NCBI GenBank assembly: GCA_963745835.1
Contig: CAVUZH010000001.1
Span: 101,706 to 165,705 of the forward strand
DNA: 64,000 nucleotides
Reading direction: 5' to 3'
Source: an uncultured delta proteobacterium
GTDB taxonomy: Bacteria > Desulfobacterota > Binatia > UBA9968
Shown one piece after another: positions 44,406-55,452 of the stretch. Below the pieces are notes generated by a model. It saw only the letters and a program-made list of their open reading frames with translations, made no database searches and had not been told where the DNA came from. How positions within the stretch are numbered: position 1 is the stretch's first letter; each line of letters opens with the position of its first letter. Made by a program: the position numbers and the translations under genes.

Positions 44406-44962
44406 GGACCGCAGCTACTTAGTACGTTTCATAACCACAGGTCAAGGGCCGATATATACAATCGATTTGTGATCATCTCGTGAGTGTTTTTGAATCGGTT
44501 GAATAGCGCGCGGCATATGCCGAAACCTCAAGCAGCATTTTTCCGAAAAGTAGACGCGCGCAGTGCCTGCCTTCACTGCTGGCTGGAGGGGGCAGAGCGC
44601 GAGCGTTGAATCGTTGGCAGGCTGACAAGGCAGCGGATGGGAGAAGCCGCTAGGGGCTAGCGCGGCCTCCGGTCAGAGATTCGGTATGCTCCGACGTATC
44701 GCCATATCGCACAGGCAATAGGAGATGCTGCGGTTTAAGGATGTTTGCGAAGCGTTGATCACTGCTCATAACCGCCGCATCGATGTGGATGGACGTACCG
44801 ACGCAGATTTTGATTCGCCTCGGCGCCGAAAGCCTTTCGTTGGCTGCGCTGCGGCTTGATAGCTTGCGCGTTAACTTTGCGTCGGCGGCGAATTACCTTT
44901 TTGACTCCGCCCGCCGCATCCTTTACATTGATTTCTACTCTCAATTTTACCCAAGGCGGCTA

Positions 44963-46426
44963 ATGGTAGACATGGACAAGGTCGTGTCGCTCTCAAAGCG
45001 GCGCGGCTTTATTTTTCAATCGAGCGAAATTTATGGCGGCACCGGTTCGTGCTGGGACTATGGACCGCTCGGCGTGGAGCTCAAGAACAACGTCAAGGCC
45101 GCGTGGTGGCGGGACAATGTACAGTCGCGAACCGATATGGTCGGCTTGGATTCATCGATCCTGATGCACCCGAGAGTTTGGCAGGCGAGCGGCCATCTCG
45201 ACCATTTCAGCGATCCGATGGTGGATTGTCGGGCATGCAAAAGGCGATTTCGTGCAGACAAGCTCGAAGAGATGGAATGGGTTCATTATTGCGAAGCGAC
45301 AAAGGGCAATAAGTTTGTCGTGCCTCCTGGCGAGGCCTGTAAACACTGCGGCGCCAGACGCACACTGTGCCCGGCTTGCGGCAAGGGCGAGCTCACCGAA
45401 CCGCGCCAGTTCAATTTGATGTTTAAAACTTTCATGGGTCCGCTGGAGGAGGCCGCCGCGGTGGCTTACCTGCGGCCGGAAACCGCTCAGGGTATTTTCG
45501 TCAACTTCGATAACGTTCTCCAGTCCATGCGCATGAAGCTGCCCTTCGGCATTGCGCAGATCGGCAAATCCTTCCGCAACGAGATCACACCAGGAAATTT
45601 CACTTTTCGCAGCCGTGAATTCGAGCAGATGGAAATCGAATTTTTCGTCATGCCCGGCACCGATGAAGAATGGCATCAAAGATGGCTTGATGAACGCTTT
45701 GCTTGGTATTCAAAATACGGCATCCGCAAAGAGAACCTGCGTTTGCGCGAGCACGAGAAGGACGAGCTGGCGCATTATGCCAAGCGCACTGCCGATATCG
45801 AGTATTTATTCCCCATGGGCTGGAGCGAATTGGAAGGCGTCGCCAACCGCACCGACTTCGATCTCAAACAACATGCGCAGTTTAGCGGCAAAGCGTTGGA
45901 GTACTTCGATGAAGAAAGCAAGCAGAAGATCGTTCCCTACGTGATCGAACCTTCCGCCGGCGCCGACCGCGCGACACTGGCGTTTTTGGTCGACGCCTAT
46001 CAGGAAGAGGAAGTTAGATCCGAGAAGCGAGTTGTTTTGAAATTTCATCCCGAACTCGCGCCGATAAAAATCGCGGTATTGCCGCTATTGAAGAAAAACG
46101 ATCGCATCGTGGAGACCGCAAAAAAGCTCATGCTGGATCTGCGCAAACGCTGGCACGCTGTCTACGACGACACCGCCTCCATAGGCCGGCTGTACCGGCG
46201 ACAGGATGAAGTAGGCACGCCGTTTTGCGTGACGATAGACGTTCAGACCGTCGGCGATAGTAAGTCGGCCGCCGATGAACAAGTCACCATCCGCGACCGT
46301 AACACAATGCAACAAATTCGCGTGCCGCTGGCTAACATCGAAGTCGTTATGTCGGAGCTAATGATCGGCCGTTGGAACGACGTCGCCGGAAGTTCCGGCG
46401 TTGCTACTGTGGCTTCTGCCGACTGA
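44963..46426 (+). CDS. glyQS: Glycine--tRNA ligase, homodimeric (alpha2) type
   Basis: [55 protein letters not shown] and anticodon domain [13 protein letters not shown]. Confidence 0.95.
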   Translation: MVDMDKVVSLSKRRGFIFQSSEIYGGTGSCWDYGPLGVELKNNVKAAWWRDNVQSRTDMVGLDSSILMHPRVWQASGHLDHFSDPMVDCRACKRRFRADKLEEMEWVHYCEATKGNKFVVPPGEACKHCGARRTLCPACGKGELTEPRQFNLMFKTFMGPLEEAAAVAYLRPETAQGIFVNFDNVLQSMRMKLPFGIAQIGKSFRNEITPGNFTFRSREFEQMEIEFFVMPGTDEEWHQRWLDERFAWYSKYGIRKENLRLREHEKDELAHYAKRTADIEYLFPMGWSELEGVANRTDFDLKQHAQFSGKALEYFDEESKQKIVPYVIEPSAGADRATLAFLVDAYQEEEVRSEKRVVLKFHPELAPIKIAVLPLLKKNDRIVETAKKLMLDLRKRWHAVYDDTASIGRLYRRQDEVGTPFCVTIDVQTVGDSKSAADEQVTIRDRNTMQQIRVPLANIEVVMSELMIGRWNDVAGSSGVATVASAD

Positions 46427-46460
46427 TCTAGCTCCGGCGTAATGCGTCGGTTGAGCTAGA
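46427..46460 (+). terminator. Stem-loop immediately after the glyQS stop
   Basis: TCTAGCTC-CGGCGT-AAT-GCGTCG-GTT-GAGCTAGA; no U-tract, so its role is uncertain. Confidence 0.4.
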
Positions 46461-46598
46461 GCTACCGAAGCGCTGCCATCAGGTAGCAAGCAGTTTTTCT
46501 CAAATCTGTTCAGACCCTAAAAGGTAACGACGATTTACCGCTACTATCTTCGCATCAAGTTTCTCATCGACCGCTATCGGCGCCAGCTCATTCTCGGA

Positions 46599-48305
46599 GT
46601 GCTCTCACTGATTGGAACGGATGTCACGGGCATCGCGCTCCCGTGGCTGATCAAGGAAGGCATCGATGCGGCAGTGCAGAAGAAGTTGGCTGGTCTCTCG
46701 CTGATCTATTTTCCGTTGCTGATCCTACTGGCGGCAATCCTCCAGGGCTTTTTCCGCTACTGCTGGCGCATCAATATCAACGGTTTTTCTCGCAAAGCGG
46801 AAGCCGATTTGCGCGAAAAAGTTTTTTCTCATCTGCAGAAGCTCCCGCTCGGATATTTTCAGCACAATAAGACCGGCGATTTGATGTCCCGCCTTACGAT
46901 CGACGTCCAGGCGGTGCGCGAGTTGCTTGGATTCGGTTCGCTTGCCAGCATCGATGCCATCATCACAATAATTTTCAGTCTGGCCTGCATGATCTATATC
47001 GATTCGTGGCTCACGTTCTGGTCGTTGCTGGCGATGCCGATGATCACGGTGACGGTTCGCACGTTCGGTCGGCATATCTTCCGGTGGTCCCATTCGGTGC
47101 AAGAACAGCTAAGTGACATTAGCGCTTACGTCCAGGAGAATCTCGCGGGCATGCGCGTTGTCCAGGTTTACGCGCAGGAAGACAATCAGATTCGCGGATT
47201 CGAGAAGATCAGCGCAGAGTGCATGCGCAAAAACATGTGGCTGGCGATCCTCTGGGGAATATTCTGGCCGCTCATGCGGGTGGTCTCCGGTGTCGCCGCG
47301 ACGATAGTTCTGTGGCTCGGCGGGCGCCAGGTGCTGCAAGGTAGCATGAGCCTCGGCGAGTTTGTCGCGTTCAACGGATACCTGGCCATGTTGACCTGGC
47401 CGTTAATGGCGATCGGCTACGTTGTCAACCAGTATCAGCGAGGCACGGCGGCTTTGAGTAGAATTGGCGAAGTTCTAGACGCCGAACCGTCGCCGCGCTA
47501 CGACGCAGCCGTTTTTGCCGATCAGCAACGCGCACGCGATCTGGCGGTAGAGTTTCGTAATCTTACTTTCACTTATCGCGATAATGGACCGGCTCTGAAA
47601 AATATCACCCTGGCCATTCCGGCGGGCAGCGTATGCGCCATCGTTGGTGAAACGGGTTCGGGGAAGAGCACACTAGCTAATTTGCTGCTGCGGCTCCACG
47701 AGCCGCCGTCCGACACCATCTTCATCAACGGTGTGGATATCACCAAGATGGCGGCCAGAGTACTGACCGAGTCCATCGGCTACGTCTCGCAAGACATCTT
47801 TCTCTTCTCGGGGAGCATTCGCGAAAACATTCTGTTCGGGACGAACCTAGTTGACGAAGCAGCTATCGAAGGGGCGTCGAGCGCGGCGCAGCTTTTGCCT
47901 GCGGTTCAGGAATTTCCGGGCAAGTTCGAAACCATAATAGGTGAACGGGGCGTGCGACTCTCGGGCGGGCAAAAGCAGCGTACTGCACTGGCGCGGGCAA
48001 TTATAAAAAACCCCCCGATCTTGATCCTCGACGATGCCTTTTCCAGTGTCGATGCCGAAACCGAGGAGAAGATCCTTGCGCGACTGCGAGATTTTATGGG
48101 CGGCCGCACAACCTTGCTCATTTCACATCGGATTGCCACGGTGCGCGACGCGGATCTGATCGTTTACCTGCGCCAGGGCGAGATCATCGAGAGAGGTCGC
48201 CACGACGAGCTGCTCGAACGACGGGGCGCCTATTACGAGCTTTACCGCCGTCAACAATTGGTGCGCGAAGTTGAAAGGCTCGATCGAATGGACGGTCGAC
48301 TGTGA
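46599..48305 (+). CDS. Heterodimeric ABC exporter subunit 1 (TMD+NBD, degenerate site)
   Basis: GETGSGKS, LSGGQ and LILDD (non-canonical Walker B); the frame is open about 25 codons upstream, so the start is uncertain. Confidence 0.9.
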   Translation: MLSLIGTDVTGIALPWLIKEGIDAAVQKKLAGLSLIYFPLLILLAAILQGFFRYCWRININGFSRKAEADLREKVFSHLQKLPLGYFQHNKTGDLMSRLTIDVQAVRELLGFGSLASIDAIITIIFSLACMIYIDSWLTFWSLLAMPMITVTVRTFGRHIFRWSHSVQEQLSDISAYVQENLAGMRVVQVYAQEDNQIRGFEKISAECMRKNMWLAILWGIFWPLMRVVSGVAATIVLWLGGRQVLQGSMSLGEFVAFNGYLAMLTWPLMAIGYVVNQYQRGTAALSRIGEVLDAEPSPRYDAAVFADQQRARDLAVEFRNLTFTYRDNGPALKNITLAIPAGSVCAIVGETGSGKSTLANLLLRLHEPPSDTIFINGVDITKMAARVLTESIGYVSQDIFLFSGSIRENILFGTNLVDEAAIEGASSAAQLLPAVQEFPGKFETIIGERGVRLSGGQKQRTALARAIIKNPPILILDDAFSSVDAETEEKILARLRDFMGGRTTLLISHRIATVRDADLIVYLRQGEIIERGRHDELLERRGAYYELYRRQQLVREVERLDRMDGRL

Positions 48306-50149
48306 GCCAAGATCCGCACGCCGAAGACGAAATCCTGGGCAAAGCTTACGATGTGCGTTTGATGCGCCGCATACTGCGCTATCTCCAACCCTATTGGAAA
48401 CTGCTAGCGGTGGCGCTTGCGTTTCTGATCTCCCATACAGCAACCGAGCTGCTCCGCCCCTATATCACTAAAATCGCCATCGACCGCTATATCGCCACCG
48501 GGGACATCGGCGGTTTGGATTACATGGTGCTCATCTATCTCGGCACGGTGATTGCCGGTTTCATTTTTCTTTTCATTCAAACTTATACGACCGAGTACGC
48601 CGGCCAGCGAGCGATGCACGATTTGCGGATGCAGATCTTCACGCACCTGCAGAGGCAAGACATGGATTATTTCGATCGCAATCCTGTCGGACGTCTGATG
48701 ACCCGGACAGTAAATGATGTCGAGACACTGAACGAATTGTTCAGCACCGGCGTAGTCGGTTTGCTGGGCGACGTGTTCATAGTATTCGGAATCGCCGGCG
48801 CCATGCTATGGCTCGACTGGCAGCTGGCGTTGATCGCACTGTCCGCTTTCCCGGTGATTATCTATGCGTCGCGCTTTTATCGGCGGCGGGCGCGCGAAGT
48901 GTATCGCGAAAGCCGTTTGATCCTGGCGCGGCTCGCGGCCAGGCTTCAAGAAACCATCGCAGGCATTGCCACCATCCAGGCCTTTGGTCAGGAAGGCAAG
49001 ATGTACGATCGGTTCCAGGAGATTAACTCCAGTTATCGCCAGGTGCTTCTGCGCAGCGTGCGCTACAATGCCGTTTTTTTTCCTATCATCGAAATTTTCA
49101 GCGCACTGTCGATTGGGCTGGTGCTTTGGTATGGCGGTTGGTTGATCGGCATCGATGGTCTGCAGGCGGGTGTTATCGTCGCGTTTATCCAGTACCTGCA
49201 GCGCATGTACCAGCCGATCCGCGATCTGGCGGAGAAGTACAATATCATGCAAGCCGCGATGGCTTCATCCGAACGCATTTTCACCACTCTGGATACCCAG
49301 CCCATCATTCAGAATCCCGCCGCGCCGGTAATGCCCGCGCGCTTGCGCGGCGCCGTGGAGTTCAAAGACGTTTGGCTGTCTTACAAGCACGGCGAACCGA
49401 TTCTCAAAGGGATCTCGTTCACCGCTCGGCCCGGTGAGCGCCTTGCCCTGGTGGGCGCCACCGGCGGCGGTAAGACATCGATTGTCTCGGCGCTTTGTCG
49501 CTTCTACGAGATCGAGCGCGGTTCAATCCTGGTCGATGGCGTGGACATCCGGGACTGGGACAAACAGGCTTTACGTCGGCAACTCGGCCTGGTCCTGCAG
49601 GATGTTTTTCTTTTTTCCGGTGACATCGCCAGCAATATCACCCTAGGCGATGAACATATCAGCGAGGCCCGCATGATCGAAGCAGCGCGGCGCGCGCAAA
49701 TTGCGCCCTTCATTGAGAGGCTGCCGGGTGGGTATCGCGCGGAAGTTCAGGAGCGGGGTTCGACTTTGTCACAGGGACAACGGCAGTTGCTTTCTTTTGC
49801 GCGTGCCCTGGCTTTCGATCCGCGCATTTTAATCCTGGATGAAGCGACGAGCTCGGTCGACACGGAGACTGAGCTGCTGATCCAGACGGCGCTTGAAGAG
49901 TTGCTCAAACAGCGAACCGCGATCATTGTTGCGCACCGTCTTTCGACCATTAAGAATGCCGACCGCATCCTAGTGATTCACAAAGGGCAGATTTGGGAGC
50001 AGGGCGGACACGATGAATTGCTGGCCCGCGCTGGACTGTACGCGCGGCTCTATGATTTGCAATACCGCTTAGATCGGCAAAACGGCGCAAACGTCAAAGC
50101 CTCTACTGACAAGGGACCAATCTCAGCCGATCAATCCGAGCGATCCTGA
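48302..50149 (+). CDS. Heterodimeric ABC exporter subunit 2 (TMD+NBD)
   Basis: GATGGGKT, LSQGQ, LILDEAT and AHRLST. Confidence 0.92.
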   Translation: MSQDPHAEDEILGKAYDVRLMRRILRYLQPYWKLLAVALAFLISHTATELLRPYITKIAIDRYIATGDIGGLDYMVLIYLGTVIAGFIFLFIQTYTTEYAGQRAMHDLRMQIFTHLQRQDMDYFDRNPVGRLMTRTVNDVETLNELFSTGVVGLLGDVFIVFGIAGAMLWLDWQLALIALSAFPVIIYASRFYRRRAREVYRESRLILARLAARLQETIAGIATIQAFGQEGKMYDRFQEINSSYRQVLLRSVRYNAVFFPIIEIFSALSIGLVLWYGGWLIGIDGLQAGVIVAFIQYLQRMYQPIRDLAEKYNIMQAAMASSERIFTTLDTQPIIQNPAAPVMPARLRGAVEFKDVWLSYKHGEPILKGISFTARPGERLALVGATGGGKTSIVSALCRFYEIERGSILVDGVDIRDWDKQALRRQLGLVLQDVFLFSGDIASNITLGDEHISEARMIEAARRAQIAPFIERLPGGYRAEVQERGSTLSQGQRQLLSFARALAFDPRILILDEATSSVDTETELLIQTALEELLKQRTAIIVAHRLSTIKNADRILVIHKGQIWEQGGHDELLARAGLYARLYDLQYRLDRQNGANVKASTDKGPISADQSERS

Positions 50150-51344
50150 AGACCGAAATTCAGGGAATACCGCTGTTAAAGATTTAACGCCGAGATGCTT
50201 CTGTAACACTTCGCTGCAAACGGCGCGATAATCAGTGGTCAGGTCGAGATCGCGTCCTTCATAAAGAACTTCCGGAGCCAAGCCCGGCCACCGACCTAAA
50301 ACTCGGCCGCCGCGGACGTTGCCACCAAGCGCAAACATCACGTTGGCGTGACCGTGATCGGTGCCGCGATTGCCATTTTCCCGGGCGGTGCGACCAAACT
50401 CTGACATCGTCACGACCACGACATCTTCCATCCGATCGCCGAGATCTTGATAAAACGCGCTGAGTCCTTCGCCCAGCTCCTTCAACCGATTGGCTAGTTG
50501 ACCTTTGGCGCCGCCTTCATTGACATGGGTATCCCAACCCTCGATCTCAGCAAACGCAATTTCCACTCCGACGTCGACTCTTAATCAGCCGGGCAATCTG
50601 TTTCATACTTTGGCCGAATCTGCCGTTAGGATAGGTCGCGGTGCTTTCAGGAATCGCCGCTTGAACCTGGCGTAACGTAGCCATCGCCTGGAAGAGGCTT
50701 TCACCGCCCCGGCGAAACAGCGGATCGGTGGTGTTGGCGTAGAGTTTCTGCAGGCTGCTATTTAGCTGCTCGTTGCGCAGACGAAATTCGTCGATGGACG
50801 AAATAGTCAAGGTCGGCGTTTCCCCGGCGAGCATCCTCGGCGTGCGCGCCGTCATCGCGACCGCGCGCAAAGGCATTGGCGAGTTGGACCTTCCGGCCAA
50901 CGATCGGTTCAACCAGCCATCCGGGGTGTTCTTTAACCCAGGCGTACCGATTTCCATATAATCCTGGGCATCAAAATGGGAACGCGTATTATCCGGCGAA
51001 CCCGCCGCGTGGATGATTGCCAGATGTCTTTTGTCGTAAATGCTCTTGAGCGGGGCAAGTGCCGGATGTAGCCCATAGAAGCCATCGAGATCTATGGCTT
51101 TGTCCTCGCCCGCCGCCGGATCGGGCACGGCGATACTGGGACGCAGTATATAATAGGCGGGATCTTTAAACGGCACGACTACGTTTAGCCCATCCATTCC
51201 GCCGCGCTGGAACACTACGACGAAGACTTTGCCGCGGCCATTTTGCTCGGCACCCGCCGCCCTAACCAGAAATGTCGGCGGCAATCCTAACGCGACAAAA
51301 CCGAGACCGACTGATTTCAGAAATGATCGGCGTGAGGGTTCCAT
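50123..51344 (-). CDS. DUF1501 family Tat-exported protein; apparent frameshift near 50570
   Basis: SRRSFLK Tat motif, FQRGGMDGL, RSHFDAQ, GWDTH and SEFGRT..ENGNRGTDHG. Confidence 0.87.
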
Positions 51345-51346
51345 AA

Positions 51347-52756
51347 TTATCTCCTCTGGAATTCCGGCGCTGCAAGCAGAAGGGCGAGCGATTCGACGCC
51401 GTTGGCTTCGTTCATCGCCGCGCGCGTGGCGGCGGAAATCGAGTCGGGCGCGATCAGACGAATTATCGACTCCTGATCTCCGACGGTGTCTTTTTGGACG
51501 CGCGAGCCGGGCAGACGATTGCCAACCAAATCACTGACGAAATTCATCCGTGTCAGCAACATGTCGGGACTGATCCAGGAAGCTCCCATATCCGGATGGC
51601 CGGTGGGCGGCTGCGCCAGGAAGAGCGGTTCGCCCATGCGGTTTAAATAGCGCAACAGAGGGTGGGTAATCTTGGTCTCAGCATTCGTAACTCGTAGCGC
51701 GCTGGCGACATATTCGAGGGGTTTCTTCACCTTGCTCTGGTAAAACTCGCCGGAAAAGAATTCCGGCGAATCGATGATCGCGCGGACTACGGACGCGATA
51801 TCTCCGCCGCGCTGTTGAAAAACCGCGGAGGCTTTGCTGACAACAGTTGCCGGTGGATCGTCAGCGACGAAACGACGCGCTAACTTCGTCGCGATGAATT
51901 TTGCCGTTGCCGGATGATTTGCCAGAATGTCGATAACTTTTAGGCCGTCTTCCATGCCACCGCCTGCAGCGATGCGCGTGCCAAGCACAGTTTTGGCGCC
52001 ACTATCATGGAAGCGCTGCTCGAAACGAAATTCGCCCTCGCCGCGCGGTCGCTCGATCGTCCAGCCGGTAAAACAGCGGGCGACTTCCTGGATATCTTTT
52101 TGCGTATAACCGCCGTCCACCCCAAGCGTGTGCAGTTCCATGACCTCGCGGGCATAGTTTTCGTTGATACCTCGGCGGCGGTTATTCGGTCCCCTTTGAG
52201 CCGCAGGACTTTGCGGACTGACGCTCATCCAATTGTCCAGGTAAAAAAGCATCGCCGGGCTTTGCGCCGTTGCAGTTAGAAGACCTTTAAACCGCCCGAG
52301 TGCGTGGGGCCGGATGGTGTCGCGGTCATACGAGGTAGAGAGCCAGCGATCGGCGCCCTTGCCGGCGAATATATTGAAATGATTGCTCCAGAAGTCGACC
52401 ATAACTTCGTAAAGCTGGCGCCGGCTGTAAACCGCACGGATCAATCTGGCAAGCTGCAGCTCCAGAATCACCTGCCGCGGCCCCTGCATCTGCGTCATGT
52501 CCATGCCTTTGGCTTGCGCGACCGCGGCTTGCGGATATAGCTCAAGCAGCTCGCGGCTGCTCAAACGCATGGTTTTGAGCTCGGCAACTCTATCCGCGAC
52601 GACCGAATCGGGGATTTGGTCCGGGCTGAGTTGTTGGTCCAGATAGGCGGTAATCCCCGACTGCTGAAGTTTTTCGAGTTCTTCACGTGTCGGGCCGAAG
52701 CTTGTGCGGTTGAGAAAGTGCACCAGCTTTTGCTGTTGGGTGAGCGATGGTGCCAT
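51347..52756 (-). CDS. DUF1800 family protein
   Basis: FWSNHFN, PAMLFYLDN, NENYAREVMELHTLG; adjacent to DUF1501. Confidence 0.9.
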   Translation of the reverse strand: MAPSLTQQQKLVHFLNRTSFGPTREELEKLQQSGITAYLDQQLSPDQIPDSVVADRVAELKTMRLSSRELLELYPQAAVAQAKGMDMTQMQGPRQVILELQLARLIRAVYSRRQLYEVMVDFWSNHFNIFAGKGADRWLSTSYDRDTIRPHALGRFKGLLTATAQSPAMLFYLDNWMSVSPQSPAAQRGPNNRRRGINENYAREVMELHTLGVDGGYTQKDIQEVARCFTGWTIERPRGEGEFRFEQRFHDSGAKTVLGTRIAAGGGMEDGLKVIDILANHPATAKFIATKLARRFVADDPPATVVSKASAVFQQRGGDIASVVRAIIDSPEFFSGEFYQSKVKKPLEYVASALRVTNAETKITHPLLRYLNRMGEPLFLAQPPTGHPDMGASWISPDMLLTRMNFVSDLVGNRLPGSRVQKDTVGDQESIIRLIAPDSISAATRAAMNEANGVESLALLLAAPEFQRR

Positions 52757-52799
52757 GGTCTAGTCCTTTGCGCGTGGTTCTTGAAAACGGTCTCTTAGG

Positions 52800-53398
52800 T
52801 CATTGCGAAGAGTTGCCTCGTTCTTCTGCTTCACGCTGCTTACGCGCACGAAACTTTTCTCGCAGGGCGCGTTGTTCTTCCGGTGATAGTTGCTCCATTT
52901 GTTGGCGAAAGCGCTCGCGCCTGCTGCTGCTTTTCTTCCGGGGACATTTTTTCAAATCGCTCGCGCGCCTTTTCCCTGAGGTCTCGTCTAGTCTCGGGGG
53001 GCAGCTCGCGAAAGCGCTCGAGGCGGCGTTTCAGAGCTTCGCGGCTCTCGGGCGGCAGTTCACGCCATTGTTGCCACCGTTCGCGCAAACGCTCGCGATC
53101 CTCCGGAGAGAGTTGCTGCCAACGCTCAAAGTTCTTGCGAGCCGAGGCCTTCTCCTCGGCTGACATGCCTCGCCATCGCTCAAACTTTTTTCGCATTTCC
53201 GCCTTCTGTTCAGGCGGTAGTGATTTCCAGCGGTCGCGCAGTTCTTGCTTTTGCTGCGGCGTCATTCCTTGCCAGCGGTCGGCGGCTTCACGGTTTTTTT
53301 GCGCCGAAGATTCGCCTCCCTCTCTCGATTGACTCCAACCCGCGGCGGGCGCTAATGAGAATAAATAAGACAAGAAAGCAAATCATCGCTGACTTCAT
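52800..53398 (-). CDS. Exported helical-repeat protein (DUF3106-like W..L.PE.R repeats); apparent indels near both ends
   Basis: Repeats WQGMTPQQK, WKSLPPEQK, WRGMSAEEK, WQQLSPEDR and WRELPPESR; hydrophobic MKSAMICFLVLF start at 53398. Confidence 0.7.
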
Positions 53399-53576
53399 TT
53401 TACCGCTTCTTTCCTAGACACGGCGTGAGTTTCGACGGGATGATGTGCTCCTCGGCGAATTCGATCCTGCATGTTCCCCATTTATCCGCTTGGTCCGTTC
53501 TTTTGCCGCAAAAGTTCATCATGTGCAGCATCGCTCGAATACGCAGCAGTGCCATAGCCAGATAAATCTGGAAAAC

Positions 53577-54071
53577 TTAAGCTGCTTCGTTCCCGGAAGC
53601 TTCCATGACCTCGAGCACCTCGATATTCTCAAGAACGTCCATATTGTTGAACAACTCTAGATTCTCTGCCATTGGCAGAACTTCCATGAGAGCCGGGTCC
53701 GCCGCGGGCACGTCGGTGGTTGTTTGGTTGGAGGTATTTAAGGTGACGGCTAAGGCGATAACCGCAGTTCCTGCCAGGGCCGGCAGTGTCCAAGGGCGGA
53801 GGGCCGTCTGCAACGCTTGCCACCAGGATTTTTTCTCTTGCAGGTCTGCGAGTTTGTGACGCATTTCACGGCTATAATTTTGCCAAAACTCCTGCCCCGG
53901 TTCGTCGATGTTTACCGTGAGCGGGAGCAGAGTCGTCAATTCTTTCAGGTAAGAAGCGCAAGCTGGGCAAGCGCGCAGGTGACTTGCGAGTTGATCACGA
54001 CTGTCGCCGCTCAGCTCACCATAATGGTAGAGCACCAGATCTTGTTCAAACTCATTGCAAGCCGTAGCCAT
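53577..54071 (-). CDS. Zinc-binding anti-sigma factor (zf-HC2) with one TM helix
   Basis: HLRACPAC (HxxxCxxC) motif; follows the ECF sigma. Confidence 0.88.
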   Translation of the reverse strand: MATACNEFEQDLVLYHYGELSGDSRDQLASHLRACPACASYLKELTTLLPLTVNIDEPGQEFWQNYSREMRHKLADLQEKKSWWQALQTALRPWTLPALAGTAVIALAVTLNTSNQTTTDVPAADPALMEVLPMAENLELFNNMDVLENIEVLEVMEASGNEAA

Positions 54072-54079
54072 AAATCCTC

Positions 54080-54715
54080 CTAGGCGAACTCAGCCAATCT
54101 TACTCTGAGCGCCGTCACCGCCCGGTGTAAATGAACCTTAACTGTCCCCTCGGCGGTTTCCATCATTTCGGCAATTTCACGAATCGATAGCCCTTGATGG
54201 TTTTTTAGAACGAACGCCATCCGTTGTCTCGGCGGCAAAGCATCCAGAGCCGCGTCCACTTGGCGTGACATCTGGGCTGCGATCGCCTGCTGATCCGGTG
54301 AAACGGAATGAGCGGCCGGATGGCTCGGTTCCACCTGACTCTCGATCGCTTCATTGAACTCTTCAGCCGAAGTTCGTTTGGTTTTGCGTCGATAATCCAG
54401 GCAGACGTTCACCAGAATCCGATAGAACCACGTATAAAAACCTGATCGGCCATCGAAATTTTTCAGATGCGTATAGGCGCGAAGAAACGCCTCCTGAGAC
54501 AGATCTTTGGCTTCGTCTCGATCCCGAGAAAAGTCGAAGGCGATACGAAAAGCCTTCTGTTTGTAACGCTCCACCAGCTCTTCGAATGCTTTGGAATCGC
54601 CCTTCTGAGCTAAGACGACCAGCGTTTCGTCACGCGGCTTGTCCGGCGCGGTTTCCATGCACTGTTCAAATGCACCATCAAGAGCCAATGCGCAACCCTG
54701 AAGAGAAAATGCCAT
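54080..54715 (-). CDS. ECF RNA polymerase sigma factor
   Basis: AFEELVERY, DLSQEAF, FYTWFYRI and EIAEMM...GTVKVHLHRA. Confidence 0.93.
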   Translation of the reverse strand: MAFSLQGCALALDGAFEQCMETAPDKPRDETLVVLAQKGDSKAFEELVERYKQKAFRIAFDFSRDRDEAKDLSQEAFLRAYTHLKNFDGRSGFYTWFYRILVNVCLDYRRKTKRTSAEEFNEAIESQVEPSHPAAHSVSPDQQAIAAQMSRQVDAALDALPPRQRMAFVLKNHQGLSIREIAEMMETAEGTVKVHLHRAVTALRVRLAEFA

Positions 54716-54827
54716 GAGTACCTTCGGTGTTCAGGTTGAATGACTTTCCGCTGCTATTTCAAGCACACAGCCGATCCTAGCTGTTCGAGAAGATCCCGTC
54801 TCATCTAAGATAACCTGCCGTAACTAC

Positions 54828-54857
54828 TTAGACGCGCCGGGTGAGCAGAAGGTTTAC
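54828..54857 (-). promoter_or_regulatory. Putative ECF-type autoregulatory promoter
   Basis: Minus strand GTAAACC-N16-CGTCTAA (AAC/CGT consensus) about 115 nt upstream of the sigma ORF. Confidence 0.6.
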
Positions 54858-55019
54858 TAGACCGAGGCGAAATCGGTTGGAGTTTCAGATGCTTACGACG
54901 CTCGGGTTGATCGCCATGCAGGGCGGCTGCAGTGGGATGACTAGGCTCAATATCGACGGTGGGAGCGGGCACTTTTGGCTGCGCAACGGCTTGCCCTTGG
55001 TCCTAAGTGTCTTCGCTCG

Positions 55020-55049
55020 TTGACATAGATAAATCGACTAGGCTAAATT
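55020..55049 (+). promoter_or_regulatory. Sigma70 promoter, probably giving a leaderless mRNA
   Basis: TTGACA-N18-TAAATT, 7 nt before the GTG at 55057; no SD in between. Confidence 0.65.
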
Positions 55050-55056
55050 CTCCAAC

Positions 55057-55353
55057 GTGCTGCCGTCTTTTACCTCCAAACCGAATAACCTCAGACGCAT
55101 CATCAGTGTTGCAGCATTGTTGTTCGTTGTGCTCCTGCCTTTGCACGTTCATTTCTCCGCCGCTCCCCAGATCAGTAAAGAATGCAGCTGTATTGGAGGC
55201 ACTCGCATTCAGCTGGCACTAGCGGCCGACACTTGGAACATTGCGCCGTCATACCGGACGACTTACGTCATCACCCAAGATGATTTGCTCTGGTTGAACG
55301 CATGGACTCAGCTCGAACGCGTTCGTGGACCTCCCGCTTTCCTCTCCGTTTAG
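55057..55353 (+). CDS. Putative secreted regulatory leader peptide with C-terminal RGPP arrest motif (DUF2946/CruR/CutF-like architecture)
   Basis: RR + hydrophobic signal, HVH, CSC, then RGPP five residues before the stop; first ORF of a metal-uptake operon. Confidence 0.75.
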   Translation: MLPSFTSKPNNLRRIISVAALLFVVLLPLHVHFSAAPQISKECSCIGGTRIQLALAADTWNIAPSYRTTYVITQDDLLWLNAWTQLERVRGPPAFLSV

Positions 55354-55452
55354 TCCGAACTTCAATTCAACAGTATCTATTTTCATTGCCCTCCGACTTT
55401 CGAATTCCAAGTCAGTGGGAGGGCTATTCGTTCGTATTGGAGGGAGGTTGTT

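Noticed and set aside
44783-44962. 60-aa N-terminal extension of GlyRS in the ORF track
   Set aside because: Homology begins at M(V)DMDKVVSL (44963/44972); the upstream part is probably untranslated
53400-53555. Possible 51-aa minus-strand ORF between the anti-sigma and the repeat protein
   Set aside because: No recognisable motif or RBS; cannot be supported from sequence alone
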